Shown here: piece after piece, positions 1 through 10,814 of the stretch
How positions within the stretch are numbered: the stretch's first letter is position 1
Layout: every line of letters begins with the position of its first letter
Assembly (NCBI GenBank): GCA_963705505.1
Contig: CAVPJU010000006.1
Span: forward strand, 72,533 to 136,532
Source: an uncultured bacterium
GTDB lineage: Bacteria; Desulfobacterota_D; UBA1144; Nemesobacterales; UBA2774
Direction: 5' to 3'
DNA: 64,000 nt
Notes under the pieces: generated by a model
The model's input: only the letters and a program-made list of their open reading frames with translations
What the model was told of the DNA's origin: nothing
Database searches by the model: none
Position numbers and translations under genes: made by a program

Positions 1-956
<956 letters not shown>

Positions 957-1079
957 TTAATGCAAATTAAATACCCCCGGCCCGATAAAACTCCTAAATG
1001 ATAGTATAAAAGTTATGGCGGTAAAGCGCAATGAAAGCCCGAATTTGTGAACGTTCAAGCGTCCTGTAAACTAATCGGC

Positions 1080-2117
1080 ATGTCTGATTTAGTATTGGGG
1101 ATAGAGACTTCCTGCGACGAAACGGCTGCAGCCGTGATCGAGGGCGGAAGGAAGGCGCTCTCGAACGTCGTCGCGTCTCAGGTGGATATTCATAAGGAAT
1201 ACGGCGGCGTAGTGCCGGAGATTGCGTCGAGAAAGCACGTCGAGCTTATACTGGCCGTAATAAAGAAAGCACTGACGGCGGCAGGCAAGGACGCGGAAGA
1301 GCTTCGAGGGATTGCGGTTACGAACGGACCGGGGCTAATCGGCGCCCTCATGGTGGGGCTTTCGACCGCAAAGGCTTTCGCATACGGCCTCGGCGTCCCG
1401 CTCATCGGCGTGAACCACCTGGAAGCCCATCTGTCGGCTGTGCATCTGGAGCACGACGTGGAGTTCCCGTTCGTGGGCCTGGTCGTTTCGGGAGGACATA
1501 CGAGCCTCTATCTGGTAAAGGACTACACGGAATTCGAGACGCTCGGAAAAACCAGGGACGACGCCGCGGGGGAGGCTTTCGATAAGGCCGCGAAGCTCCT
1601 CGGGCTCGATTATCCGGGCGGAGTTGCGATAGACAGGCTCGCAAAAGAGGGGGACCCGGAGGCGATCGCCTTTCCGAGACCGTTCAAGAGCTCCTCGTCC
1701 CTCGATTTCAGCTTCAGCGGGCTTAAGACCTCTCTCGTGTATTATCTGAGGAAGCATCCTGACCCCGATGACGCGCAGCTGAAAGACATATGCGCCTCCT
1801 ATCAGGAAGCGATAGCCGAAACGCTCGCTGACAAAACGCTGCTTGCGGCAAAAGAGTACGGCGTCAAATCCGCCGTTATTTCAGGCGGAGTGGCGTGCAA
1901 TTCCCGGCTGAGAACGATCGCAGGGGAAAGGTTCGGGGAGGAGGGGATAACGCTCCACATACCGTCGCCCGTATACTGCACCGACAATGCTGCAATGATA
2001 GGGGCGCTCGGCGCAATGAGACTAAGACAAGGGGAAACTTCCGAGCTGAATATAAATCCCTATTCCACTTCCCGGCCTAAGTACATCAGGGGAAAGGGAA
2101 TGGTAAAAAACTCATAA
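1080..2117 (+). CDS. tsaD: tRNA N6-adenosine threonylcarbamoyltransferase TsaD
   Basis: LGIETSCDETAAA, GGVVPEIASRKH, HLEAH, SGGHT, TRDDAAGEAFDK and CTDNAAMI motifs. ATG at 1080 preferred over GTG at 1047. Confidence 0.97.
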   Translation: MSDLVLGIETSCDETAAAVIEGGRKALSNVVASQVDIHKEYGGVVPEIASRKHVELILAVIKKALTAAGKDAEELRGIAVTNGPGLIGALMVGLSTAKAFAYGLGVPLIGVNHLEAHLSAVHLEHDVEFPFVGLVVSGGHTSLYLVKDYTEFETLGKTRDDAAGEAFDKAAKLLGLDYPGGVAIDRLAKEGDPEAIAFPRPFKSSSSLDFSFSGLKTSLVYYLRKHPDPDDAQLKDICASYQEAIAETLADKTLLAAKEYGVKSAVISGGVACNSRLRTIAGERFGEEGITLHIPSPVYCTDNAAMIGALGAMRLRQGETSELNINPYSTSRPKYIRGKGMVKNS

Positions 2118-2129
2118 CACGCCCGCTTA

Positions 2130-2432
2130 TCAGTACTCATAATCGACTACAGCCCTGTCCGAGCGAATCTCGCCCACGAAACCGACGATTTTCAGATGCT
2201 CCGGATGGTTCTGATACGCTTCAAGCCCCTCCCTGTCCTCAAACTCGGAATATAAAACCACGTCGAAGGCGGCCGGGGATGTATTAAAATTAATCCCGAC
2301 CTCGACGGCGACTATCTCCTCTATCACTCCGTCGAGCGCCTCGAGCGCAGCTTTCAGTTTTCCCGCGTTCTCCTCTTTAGAAGCTCCGGCAGCGAAATCC
2401 TTGAGCCTCCACATCACGATGTGTTTGATCAT
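2130..2432 (-). CDS. Dabb family stress-responsive A/B barrel protein
   Basis: MIKHIVMWRLK...FDVVLYSEFEDREGLEAYQNHPEH...RAVVDYE is typical of Dabb. Start trimmed to ATG 2432. Confidence 0.88.
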   Translation of the reverse strand: MIKHIVMWRLKDFAAGASKEENAGKLKAALEALDGVIEEIVAVEVGINFNTSPAAFDVVLYSEFEDREGLEAYQNHPEHLKIVGFVGEIRSDRAVVDYEY

Positions 2433-2655
2433 AGATGCCTCCAGCCTGATCGATACGATACTGCCCCATAGCAATCGGAAAACCGTCATTGACAGTTTTG
2501 ATTTTTTGTAAGGAGCAAATAGAATTATAGTACTGAAGATAATATTCCTTTACAAAGGGGAAGAAGGAAGACCGCTTAAATCCCGAAGTGATATGACCGA
2601 CGGCTAAACTATATTATAAACGAGAGTATTCGTACGCATCCGGGGAGAGAACACG

Positions 2656-4722
2656 TTGGCAGTGACTGAAAGCGAAGAAGCAAAAAAAGGGAAGAGGACA
2701 CAGGACCTCAGGATCGTAGGGTGGCTCTATTCTTTTACGGGACCTCACCGGGCTCTCATGGTCATTGCCCTCATATTGATGATCCTGAGCGCGCTCCTAG
2801 AGCTCGCAGTACCTTACATAACCAAGATCGCGGTCGATAAGTATATCTATCCTTCATGGGGAATCGCCAATTTCAAAGATAACGAAAGGGATAAGACATT
2901 TGAACAATCCATAAGGGACAAATACGCTTCTCTGGTAATACCTCTCGGCGGGAACTCATACCTCGTCGATATGTCCGGACTCGATAACGCCGACAGGACC
3001 AACCTCGAAAAGCTCGGAATGGTCACGAAAGAGAGATACCTTGTTATAAACCAGAGGGACACCAATGAGGACAAGCTCGTCAGGCTAAGGGAAATCATAA
3101 AAAGGAACGGCGGGCTTTTTAAGAAAGCCGATGATATTTACTATATTGACTATGCCGCTCTCAAGGAGCTCGGCAGGAACGACCTCCTCATCCTGAGGAG
3201 CGACGAAATAAGGGAAGTGATTATCCTTTCGGCTCTGGTATTCGCGTGCCTGACCGGAATCTTTATATTCAGCTCGCTCTTTACATACCTGCTCAACTAC
3301 TCGGGGCATAAAATAATGCATAAGATGAGGACGGACGTATTTTCTCATATATTGAGCCTGCCCCAGTCTTTTTTCGATAAAAACCCGGTCGGCAGGCTCA
3401 CGACAAGGGTGACTAACGACATTAACGCCATTAACGAGATGTACACATCCGTAGCCGTCCAGTTCTTTAAAGACGTTCTTGTGGTCATAGGCGTCTTGGT
3501 AGTCATGTTCTATATGAACAGAGAGCTCACTCTCTTCGTCACGCTCTTCACAGTGCTCATGATGTTTTTCGCGGGCCTTTTCAGGATGAAGCTCAAGACC
3601 GTATATAGAGACGTCAGAAGGTCGATCGCCAAGTTAAACGCGTTCGTTCAGGAGAGTGTAAGGGGAATCGTACTGATAAAGCTTTACAACAGGGAAATGG
3701 AAAATTTTGAAAAATTCAAAGAGACGAACAGGGAGAACTTCAAGGCGAACATGGACCAGCTATGGGTGTATGCGACCTTCAGACCGTTTATCGAATTCAT
3801 GAGCGTGTTCACAGTCGCGTTTATACTATGGTACGGAGGACTCAGCGTGCTCAAGCTCGAACTCACACTGGGCGCGCTCATCGCGTATCTCTACTACGTG
3901 AGAATGCTGTTCCGTCCGATCATGGAGCTCGCGGAAAGGTATAACATATTTCAATCCGCCACGGTCGCGAGCGAAAACCTTTACGAACTCGTAAACGTGG
4001 CACCGGAGCAGAAAGAGGGTATAAGGGAAGCTGTCGTAAAGGGCCAGCTTGAATTTAAAAACGTCTGGTTCTCATACAACGACAAAGACTGGGTCCTCAG
4101 AGACGTATCTTTTGCGATAGAGCCCGGAGAGACCGTGGCGCTAGTCGGGCTTACGGGATCGGGCAAGACAACGATCGTCAATCTGATACTCAAATTCTAT
4201 GACGCGCAGAGGGGACAGATACTGTTCGACGGCACTGACATAAGGGAGATCAGCACCGAGTTCCTGAGAGGGAACATCTCTGCTGTATTCCAGGACCTCT
4301 TCTTGTTCGGTAAGAACATATCCGATTCCGAAGACGACGGCTTCTCGAAGGCGATACAGATAGACCAGATAAAGACTAACGGGAATACTATATCTTCAGG
4401 GGAAAAGCAGCTCGTCTCACTGGGACAGGCGTTTTCCAAAAGCTCGAAATTCCTTATACTCGACGAAGCGACTTCGAATATAGACGCCAGGATCGAAAGG
4501 AATATTCAGAAGGCGCTCAGGAACGAAGCGCGGGACCAGACTACGCTGATTATCGCTCACAGGCTCTCGAACGTAAGACACGCCGACAGGATCATGGTTA
4601 TACATAAGGGCGAGATTTCAGAAACGGGCACGCATTCGAGCCTTCTTTCAAAAAAGGGGATATATTACAACCTCTACGAGCTGCAAAACGAGATACAACG
4701 CTTTTCCCTGTTATCGGACTAG
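2656..4722 (+). CDS. ABC exporter half-transporter (TMD+NBD), MdlB/TM288-like subunit
   Basis: TM helices, FFDKNPVGRLTTRVTND, Walker A GLTGSGKTT, Walker B LILDEATS, H-loop IIAHRL, degenerate signature ISSGE. Confidence 0.9.
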   Translation: MAVTESEEAKKGKRTQDLRIVGWLYSFTGPHRALMVIALILMILSALLELAVPYITKIAVDKYIYPSWGIANFKDNERDKTFEQSIRDKYASLVIPLGGNSYLVDMSGLDNADRTNLEKLGMVTKERYLVINQRDTNEDKLVRLREIIKRNGGLFKKADDIYYIDYAALKELGRNDLLILRSDEIREVIILSALVFACLTGIFIFSSLFTYLLNYSGHKIMHKMRTDVFSHILSLPQSFFDKNPVGRLTTRVTNDINAINEMYTSVAVQFFKDVLVVIGVLVVMFYMNRELTLFVTLFTVLMMFFAGLFRMKLKTVYRDVRRSIAKLNAFVQESVRGIVLIKLYNREMENFEKFKETNRENFKANMDQLWVYATFRPFIEFMSVFTVAFILWYGGLSVLKLELTLGALIAYLYYVRMLFRPIMELAERYNIFQSATVASENLYELVNVAPEQKEGIREAVVKGQLEFKNVWFSYNDKDWVLRDVSFAIEPGETVALVGLTGSGKTTIVNLILKFYDAQRGQILFDGTDIREISTEFLRGNISAVFQDLFLFGKNISDSEDDGFSKAIQIDQIKTNGNTISSGEKQLVSLGQAFSKSSKFLILDEATSNIDARIERNIQKALRNEARDQTTLIIAHRLSNVRHADRIMVIHKGEISETGTHSSLLSKKGIYYNLYELQNEIQRFSLLSD

Positions 4723-4742
4723 CCGGACGGCGCTTCCGCAAA

Positions 4743-5951
4743 ATGGACACCATGGAATTTATCTCCTTAGAAGAACAAACGGAACAAGTCGCGGCATATC
4801 TGAGAAGAAGGGAGGACTTCACGGGGCACGACCTCGGTATAGTCGTCTCCCCATACCGCATCTCCCCCCTCGGAGCGCACATAGACCACCAGGGCGGACC
4901 CGTGCTGGGGATGACAATCGACGCCAGAACGCTCCTCGCATTCATACCGAATAATGAGAAAAAAGTCCGCCTATACAGCATGAATTACCCCGGAGTCGCC
5001 GAATTCGCCATCGACAATGTCAAGACCCCGGCGAGGGACGACTGGGGAAGATATGCGATGGGGGCTGCGAAGGTGATGAACGATCTTGGCGGCGTAGAGA
5101 CGGGGTTTACGGGCGCTCTTTACGGGACACTGCCCGCCTGCGGGCTCAGCTCCTCCGCATCCTCGGGGCTCGCCTGCCTGAGGGCGCTCGCGTTCGTTAA
5201 CCGTATCAAACTATCGCCCGGGGACTACGTCGAGCTCGACCGGAGGATAGAGAACGATTATTTGAAGCTCTCAAACGGCATCCTCGACCAGTCATCGATC
5301 GTCTACGGTAAAAAAGACAATCTTATATACATCGATACGAACACCGGGAATACGGCCGGGTATCCGAGACCGGAAAGATCCGAAGCGTTCAGGATCATGA
5401 TCGCCTACTCGGGCATACCGCGCGAGCTCACCTCCTCCGGGTTTAATACGCGGGTCGAGGAATGCAGAAAGGCTGCCGGGCTGCTCGGCATAATGGGAGG
5501 GCTGAGGTCGGCAAAAACGCTCTCTTACGTACCTGAGAAGGTGTACCGGGAAAAATCGGAAAAGCTTCCCGATGAGCTCAGAAGGAGGGCGGTCCATTAT
5601 TTTACGGAAGTCGAGCGTGTAACCATGGGAGTAGCCGCCTGGAAGATCGGCGACATGGAAACTTTCGGAAAGCTCATGAACGAATCGTGCGAGAGCTCGT
5701 TCGTGAATTACGAAGTCGGAAGCCCCGAGCTCATATACCTCCAGAAAATTGTAAGCTCGACCGGAGGGGTTTACGGGAGCAGACTGAACGGCGGTGGCTA
5801 CGGGGGCTCGCTGACCGCATTCGTAAGGAAAGATTTCTCCCGCGAATCCGCAGAGGGGATATTAGAACAGTACACGAACGCGTACCCGCAGCTCACAGAG
5901 AGCGCCCGGGTATATTTTGCGGAACCCGACGACGGGCTAAGGCTATTATGA
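4743..5951 (+). CDS. GHMP-family sugar-1-kinase, galactokinase/galacturonokinase-like
   Basis: PYRISPLGAHIDHQGG N-terminal motif, GLSSSAS ATP-binding loop, NGILDQ, GSRLNGGGYGGS C-terminal loop. Confidence 0.88.
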   Translation: MDTMEFISLEEQTEQVAAYLRRREDFTGHDLGIVVSPYRISPLGAHIDHQGGPVLGMTIDARTLLAFIPNNEKKVRLYSMNYPGVAEFAIDNVKTPARDDWGRYAMGAAKVMNDLGGVETGFTGALYGTLPACGLSSSASSGLACLRALAFVNRIKLSPGDYVELDRRIENDYLKLSNGILDQSSIVYGKKDNLIYIDTNTGNTAGYPRPERSEAFRIMIAYSGIPRELTSSGFNTRVEECRKAAGLLGIMGGLRSAKTLSYVPEKVYREKSEKLPDELRRRAVHYFTEVERVTMGVAAWKIGDMETFGKLMNESCESSFVNYEVGSPELIYLQKIVSSTGGVYGSRLNGGGYGGSLTAFVRKDFSRESAEGILEQYTNAYPQLTESARVYFAEPDDGLRLL

Positions 5952-6724
5952 TAGCGATCCTATTATGCGCCGGCTTTGCCACGAGGATGGAGCCTCTTAC
6001 AAAAGATACACCGAAGGCCCTGCTGGAAGTCGGGGGGAAACCCGTCATCGACCACTTAATCGGGCAAATCCTGGAGCTAAGCAATTTGGATTCGATCTAC
6101 ATCGTGACGAACGACCGCTTCTTCAAACACTTTCTTGACTGGGGTGAAAGGAGCGAGGGGGCGATAACGGAAAGAGGGATAAGCCTTCACATATATAATG
6201 ACGGCGTCGAAAGCCCTGAAAGAAGACTTGGCGCTGCGGGCGATCTGGGATTCATGGTGAGCTCCCTCCCCGAAAACAAAGGGGCGCTCGTCGCGGCGGG
6301 AGACAATATCTTTCGCTTCCCGCTCAAGCCCTACTGGGAAATATTCATGAGGGAAGATAAAAGCTATGTGCTCGCACTCAAAACTCAAGACACGGAAAAG
6401 CTCAGAAGGACCGGAGTGCTCGAGCTTGGTCAGGATGACCGCGTAGCGGCTTTTCATGAAAAGCCCGAGAACCCCCCATCGAGCTTTGCCTGCCCTGCCC
6501 TTTATTTTCTTAAACCCCGCTCGCTCGATCTGGTTCATGAGTATCTGTCGTCACCCGATGCCAGAGACGAAATCGGATATTTCATATCATACCTTGCCAA
6601 GCATGACGTTATACATGCATTCCGGGTCGAGGGGGAGGCTATAGACATAGGGACGATAGAGTCCTACGAGAGAGCTAAAAAAATCCTGTCCGAAGAGCCG
6701 GTCATATGTAGAGAAAGAAAGTAA
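5948..6724 (+). CDS. Sugar-phosphate nucleotidyltransferase (NTP_transferase family)
   Basis: ILLCAGFATRMEPLTKDTPKALLEVGGKP, AGDN, FHEKP and DIGT motifs. ATG 5948 overlaps the kinase stop (ATGA). Confidence 0.9.
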   Translation: MIAILLCAGFATRMEPLTKDTPKALLEVGGKPVIDHLIGQILELSNLDSIYIVTNDRFFKHFLDWGERSEGAITERGISLHIYNDGVESPERRLGAAGDLGFMVSSLPENKGALVAAGDNIFRFPLKPYWEIFMREDKSYVLALKTQDTEKLRRTGVLELGQDDRVAAFHEKPENPPSSFACPALYFLKPRSLDLVHEYLSSPDARDEIGYFISYLAKHDVIHAFRVEGEAIDIGTIESYERAKKILSEEPVICRERK

Positions 6725-6777
6725 CTCGCAGGCACCAATCTATATTTTATCTTGATTCGCCTTCGTGAATTTTGTAA

Positions 6778-6798
6778 ATATTTAGGTATGCTAAATAT
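6778..6798. promoter_or_regulatory. Palindromic operator ATATTTAG-GTATG-CTAAATAT upstream of marR
   Basis: 8-bp inverted arms with a 5-bp spacer, 12 bp before the marR ATG. The same motif recurs at 7450-7488. Confidence 0.7.
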
Positions 6799-6810
6799 GA
6801 GGAAGACCAT

Positions 6811-7428
6811 ATGTCCATTTTTGATCCCGTTTACAGGCAAAAAAATATAGGCGGACAGATAACCAGAACCCTATTCCATATCGGCCAGGCGGTCAAGAAC
6901 ATATTCTGGGATAAAAGCAGGCTGGAGCACCTTACCCCCGCGCAGGTCAAATCCCTGCTCTTCATTAATTACACGAGAAAAGACGCTATTACGATAGGGA
7001 ATATAGCCAGGTATCTGACCTGTACGCCCGCAACCGCAAGCGGGGTAATCGACTCGCTCGAAAGGAAAAACCTTATATTGAGGTCAAGGGACACGACAGA
7101 CAGGAGAAGGGTGCATTTATCGCTAACGCCGGATGGGGAAAGGGTCGTCGGCGATATCGAAAATATAGGTTATGAAATGGAAGAAATCATAAGGGAATTC
7201 GATCCCCGGGAACAAAAGATCCTGGAACAGCTTTTACTTAAGATCTCGGAAAAGCTTGCGGAAAGGGGCCTGATTTTTTCGGGCGACATCTGTACCGAGT
7301 GCTGTTTTTTCAAGCGGGACAGTCACTTAGGAGAGCTTAAGCCCCACTATTGTGAAAACCTTCACATACTTCTGAGTGAAGAGGACATATGTATGGAATG
7401 TCCCCACTTCAAAAAAACTCTCAATTGA
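6811..7428 (+). CDS. MarR-family transcriptional regulator with C-terminal Cys-rich extension
   Basis: wHTH with TPATASGVIDSLERKNLILRSRDTTDRRRVHLSLTPDG. The tail contains CTECC-x15-C-x12-CMECPH. Confidence 0.9.
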   Translation: MSIFDPVYRQKNIGGQITRTLFHIGQAVKNIFWDKSRLEHLTPAQVKSLLFINYTRKDAITIGNIARYLTCTPATASGVIDSLERKNLILRSRDTTDRRRVHLSLTPDGERVVGDIENIGYEMEEIIREFDPREQKILEQLLLKISEKLAERGLIFSGDICTECCFFKRDSHLGELKPHYCENLHILLSEEDICMECPHFKKTLN

Positions 7429-7449
7429 AATCATAAAATTTTTTAGTAT

Positions 7450-7488
7450 TATTATTTAGGTAACCTAAATAATAGGTATACTAAATAT
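7450..7488. promoter_or_regulatory. Tandem operator pair upstream of the sigma factor gene
   Basis: Perfect inverted repeat TATTATTTAGGT-A-ACCTAAATAATA (7450-7474) followed by TAATAG-GTATA-CTAAATAT (7470-7488). It overlaps a possible TTGAAA-N16-TATTAT promoter (7425-7452). Confidence 0.7.
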
Positions 7489-7515
7489 CGTGATTATATT
7501 GAGATCGCCAATACC

Positions 7516-8631
7516 ATGAAGCTAAAACAACTAGCGGACATAGACGAGGAAAGCACCCTGACCGATTCGGATTTCAGCCCCGAGGGCGTTTCCGATGAGG
7601 AATTTGATCCCGGCCAGGATGAAGAGACGGAAGGCGTTGATGAGCCTCAAGCCCGTTTCTTCAACAATAAGAGAGACATAACAGACCAGAACTACAGGCT
7701 ACTTTACGCTTATTTCAAAGAACTCAACGATGAGACTCTTCTCAGCAAGCGCGATGAGGCTGTTCTCGCAGCAAAGATTAAGCTTTGCGAAAGCAGGGCA
7801 AAAAAAATCGCCGGGTTTCTAAATAAAAAGAGTGCCAGGAAGAATGGGAACCCCTCGTGGCATGAAACCGTACTCGATGCGCTCGGCAGGTCCTATACAG
7901 CCAGGTCCAAACACTTTCAGGATAAGTTCATCAAGTCCAATCTGAGACTCGTAATCGAACTCGCCAATAAATACACCGGGAGGGGGCTCCCTCTGACGGA
8001 TTTGATCCAGGAAGGGAACATAGGGCTGATGAAGGCGGTAACGAAATTCGATCATACGAAAGGGTTCAAGTTCTCCACATATGCATCGTGGTGGATACAC
8101 CAGTCTCTATCGCGGGCCGTCATGGAGCAGACGCACGTGATACTGATCCCGGTCTATCTCCAGGAGCTTTCAGCCAAGGTCTTCAGGGCAAAGGCGAAGC
8201 TGGAGCACAATACCGATAAGAATGCCGTGCCCGAACAGATCGCAAAAGAGGTGAATATGCCTCTCGATGCCGTAACCACGATCTTGAAGGGGAACGATCT
8301 CGTAGTCCCTCTGGAGCTGCTGCCGGGAAACGAGGATTCCAAATCCTACCTCGACATAACTCCCGACCCCGACTCCAAGAGGCCCGAGTTTTATCTGACC
8401 ATGAGATCGATCTACGATGAGGTAAGGGACTCGTTAGGCCTGTTATCCGAGAGAGAAAGGGACGTCCTCAAAATGAGGTTCGGTATCGATTATGAAAACG
8501 ACCATAAGCTGGAACAGATAGCGGACAAATACGGCCTCAGCAGGGAGAGGATCAGGCAGATCGAAAAGGACGCGCTAAACAAACTGGCCGGGTCCGGGCG
8601 CAGCCATGTGTTGAGGGAATTCCTGAACTAA
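7516..8631 (+). CDS. RNA polymerase sigma70 factor, RpoD/RpoS-like, lacking region 1.1
   Basis: SNLRLV, DLIQEGNIGLMKAVTKFD, GFKFSTYASWWI and region 4.2 LSRERIRQIE. Short acidic N-terminus. Confidence 0.92.
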   Translation: MKLKQLADIDEESTLTDSDFSPEGVSDEEFDPGQDEETEGVDEPQARFFNNKRDITDQNYRLLYAYFKELNDETLLSKRDEAVLAAKIKLCESRAKKIAGFLNKKSARKNGNPSWHETVLDALGRSYTARSKHFQDKFIKSNLRLVIELANKYTGRGLPLTDLIQEGNIGLMKAVTKFDHTKGFKFSTYASWWIHQSLSRAVMEQTHVILIPVYLQELSAKVFRAKAKLEHNTDKNAVPEQIAKEVNMPLDAVTTILKGNDLVVPLELLPGNEDSKSYLDITPDPDSKRPEFYLTMRSIYDEVRDSLGLLSERERDVLKMRFGIDYENDHKLEQIADKYGLSRERIRQIEKDALNKLAGSGRSHVLREFLN

Positions 8632-8756
8632 GTACTCCTGCTTTAAAACTTCAAGTAACTAAATCGCAGCAGGAAATAACTCTAGTAATATCCGGCTCTG
8701 AACATATCCGATTGAATTTGATTTAATCCGGGTGCGTGGATTAGGAACCAAAGGGT

Positions 8757-9698
8757 TTATGATGCCGTCCTGAATTGAATCGTATCCGGGAACGGGAACC
8801 TCGTGTGCTCTTCCTTGCCGTCCAGCTCCTCCACTTCATCGGCCCCGAATTCTCTCAGGCGGGAAATGACCTCGAGGACTACCGTTTCTGGGGTCGAAGC
8901 GCCCGAGCTCAGGCCGACAACCATGTCATTCCTGAACATGCTCCTGTGTAGGTTATCAGCGCCCTCGATGAGATATGCGTCTTTTACTCCGCTCGCCTTC
9001 GCGACCTCCACGAGGCGGTTCGAATTCGAGCTTTCGGGCGAGCCCATTATGAAGATAATATCCGACTGCGCGGCAAGGGCCTTAACCGCGTCCTGCCTGT
9101 TCTGGGTAGCGTAGCAGATGTCGAGCTTCGAAGGGCTCACTATTTTCGGAAACCTTCTCTTCAGTACTTCGAGTATGTCTTTAGTGTCGTCGACGCTCAG
9201 CGTCGTCTGTGTCACATAGGCGACCATATCGGGGTTCTCGAGGACAACCTCTTCTGCTTCCGCGACCGATTCCACGACGACGACTCTCTCGGGAGCCTCT
9301 CCGCTGGTGCCTATCACCTCGACGTGATTTCTATGCCCGATGAGTATAATCGTGTAGCCCATATCGGCATAATGCCTGACTTCGTTGTGCACCTTCGTCA
9401 CGAGCGGACAGACCGCATCGACGACCTCAAGGCTCCTCCTCTCCGCCTCTTCGCGGACGGCGGGACTGACGCCGTGGGCGCTGAATATTACCTTTGCCCC
9501 TTTCCGGTCGACCTCCCTGAGCTCTTCCACGAACCTGACCCCTTTATTCTTGAGGGACTCCACCACGCGCTTATTATGGACTATGGCATGGCGTACGTAT
9601 ATCGGGGGCCCATACATCTCGAGCGCGCGCTCGACAATTTCTATCGCGCGGTCCACACCGGCGCAAAAGCCCCTCGGTTTGGCAACTATGACACGCAT
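8757..9698 (-). CDS. ispH: 4-hydroxy-3-methylbut-2-enyl diphosphate reductase
   Basis: PRGFCAGVDRAI, IVHN, SAHG, DAVCPLVTKVH, ICYATQNRQ, SSNSNRL, SGASTP. ATG 9698 fits the RBS spacing. Confidence 0.97.
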   Translation of the reverse strand: MRVIVAKPRGFCAGVDRAIEIVERALEMYGPPIYVRHAIVHNKRVVESLKNKGVRFVEELREVDRKGAKVIFSAHGVSPAVREEAERRSLEVVDAVCPLVTKVHNEVRHYADMGYTIILIGHRNHVEVIGTSGEAPERVVVVESVAEAEEVVLENPDMVAYVTQTTLSVDDTKDILEVLKRRFPKIVSPSKLDICYATQNRQDAVKALAAQSDIIFIMGSPESSNSNRLVEVAKASGVKDAYLIEGADNLHRSMFRNDMVVGLSSGASTPETVVLEVISRLREFGADEVEELDGKEEHTRFPFPDTIQFRTAS

Positions 9699-9825
9699 AA
9701 ACATTCTCCCTCAATAATAATACTCTATTCCGGGGGGTCTTCACAGCCGAAAGCCTGTAACCGTCTACTTATGTTTAACTGAAACCCCTATAAGCGATAT
9801 TTGCAGCTTACAAAATAAACTGTGA

Positions 9826-10650
9826 CTATAGCATAATGCAATCTTCCAGAAACGAGTAAAACTCCTCTCTTTTATCCAACATTATCCAGTGAGACGCCAC
9901 ATTAAATTCCTTATATTCCAGATCATTTCTAATTAAAAACCTCCTTGCAGAATCCATAACCGGTCTTGTCCCGACACAAAAGATCTTAGGTATCACTAAT
10001 TCTTTATAAGCGACGGATATCTCGTTATTTCCTTCCCGGTCTTCGGATTCAAACCTGCTGCATATCTCCACTGCCGTTTGGGCAAAGGCTTCGGGGGCAC
10101 ACTCGGTTACGGAATCAAAATATTTTATAGTCGAAGGGCTTTCGAAATCCTCAAGGAGATTCTTTTTAAACCCGCCTTCGTGGAGCCATTTGCCGAATTT
10201 TCTCATATCATGATTAAAATCCTCCAATACCCTGACGGCATTTATCGATTCGATTAGAGTGTCCCGTGCAATGCCTCCTTCGACATTCACAAACTTTTTA
10301 ATCCTCCCATGATTATCATCACCGCATATTAACGCCCCCAGAATACCTCCGTAAGAATGACCGACTAAAATTATATCTTTCAGATCAAAGCGGCTTATTA
10401 GCTCCCGGAGAATTTTCATCTGACACGAAAATGAATAATCCGGGTTCTTCTTAACTTTTTCACTTTTACCGAATCCGAGCAGATCCGGGACGATAATATT
10501 GTATTTACCCGGCATGCCGAAGGCGTCGAAGAAACACCTCCCGGACTCGCCTATTCCATGAATGAATAAAATCGGGGTGCTGCTGCGCTCATTTATCCTG
10601 TACCTGATAAAAATTTTGTGACCCAGCAAATTTATAAGTTCCGCTTTCAT
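9826..10650 (-). CDS. Alpha/beta-fold hydrolase
   Basis: FIHGIG oxyanion motif, PDLLGFGKS, nucleophile elbow GHSYGG, C-terminal His (SHW). Confidence 0.85.
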   Translation of the reverse strand: MKAELINLLGHKIFIRYRINERSSTPILFIHGIGESGRCFFDAFGMPGKYNIIVPDLLGFGKSEKVKKNPDYSFSCQMKILRELISRFDLKDIILVGHSYGGILGALICGDDNHGRIKKFVNVEGGIARDTLIESINAVRVLEDFNHDMRKFGKWLHEGGFKKNLLEDFESPSTIKYFDSVTECAPEAFAQTAVEICSRFESEDREGNNEISVAYKELVIPKIFCVGTRPVMDSARRFLIRNDLEYKEFNVASHWIMLDKREEFYSFLEDCIML

Positions 10651-10814
10651 GGTCAGTTCCCCGGTTAGATTATTTTGAGGAGGAATTGTATCTTAATTCC
10701 CCGTTATGAATCGGCTCTTCCATTTTATATATAATTGTAGTATGGATTTTATTAACCGGGTTCCCGTAAAATTTCCATGATTGCCGGAACAAATCAAAAA
10801 ACGAGGGTAACAGG

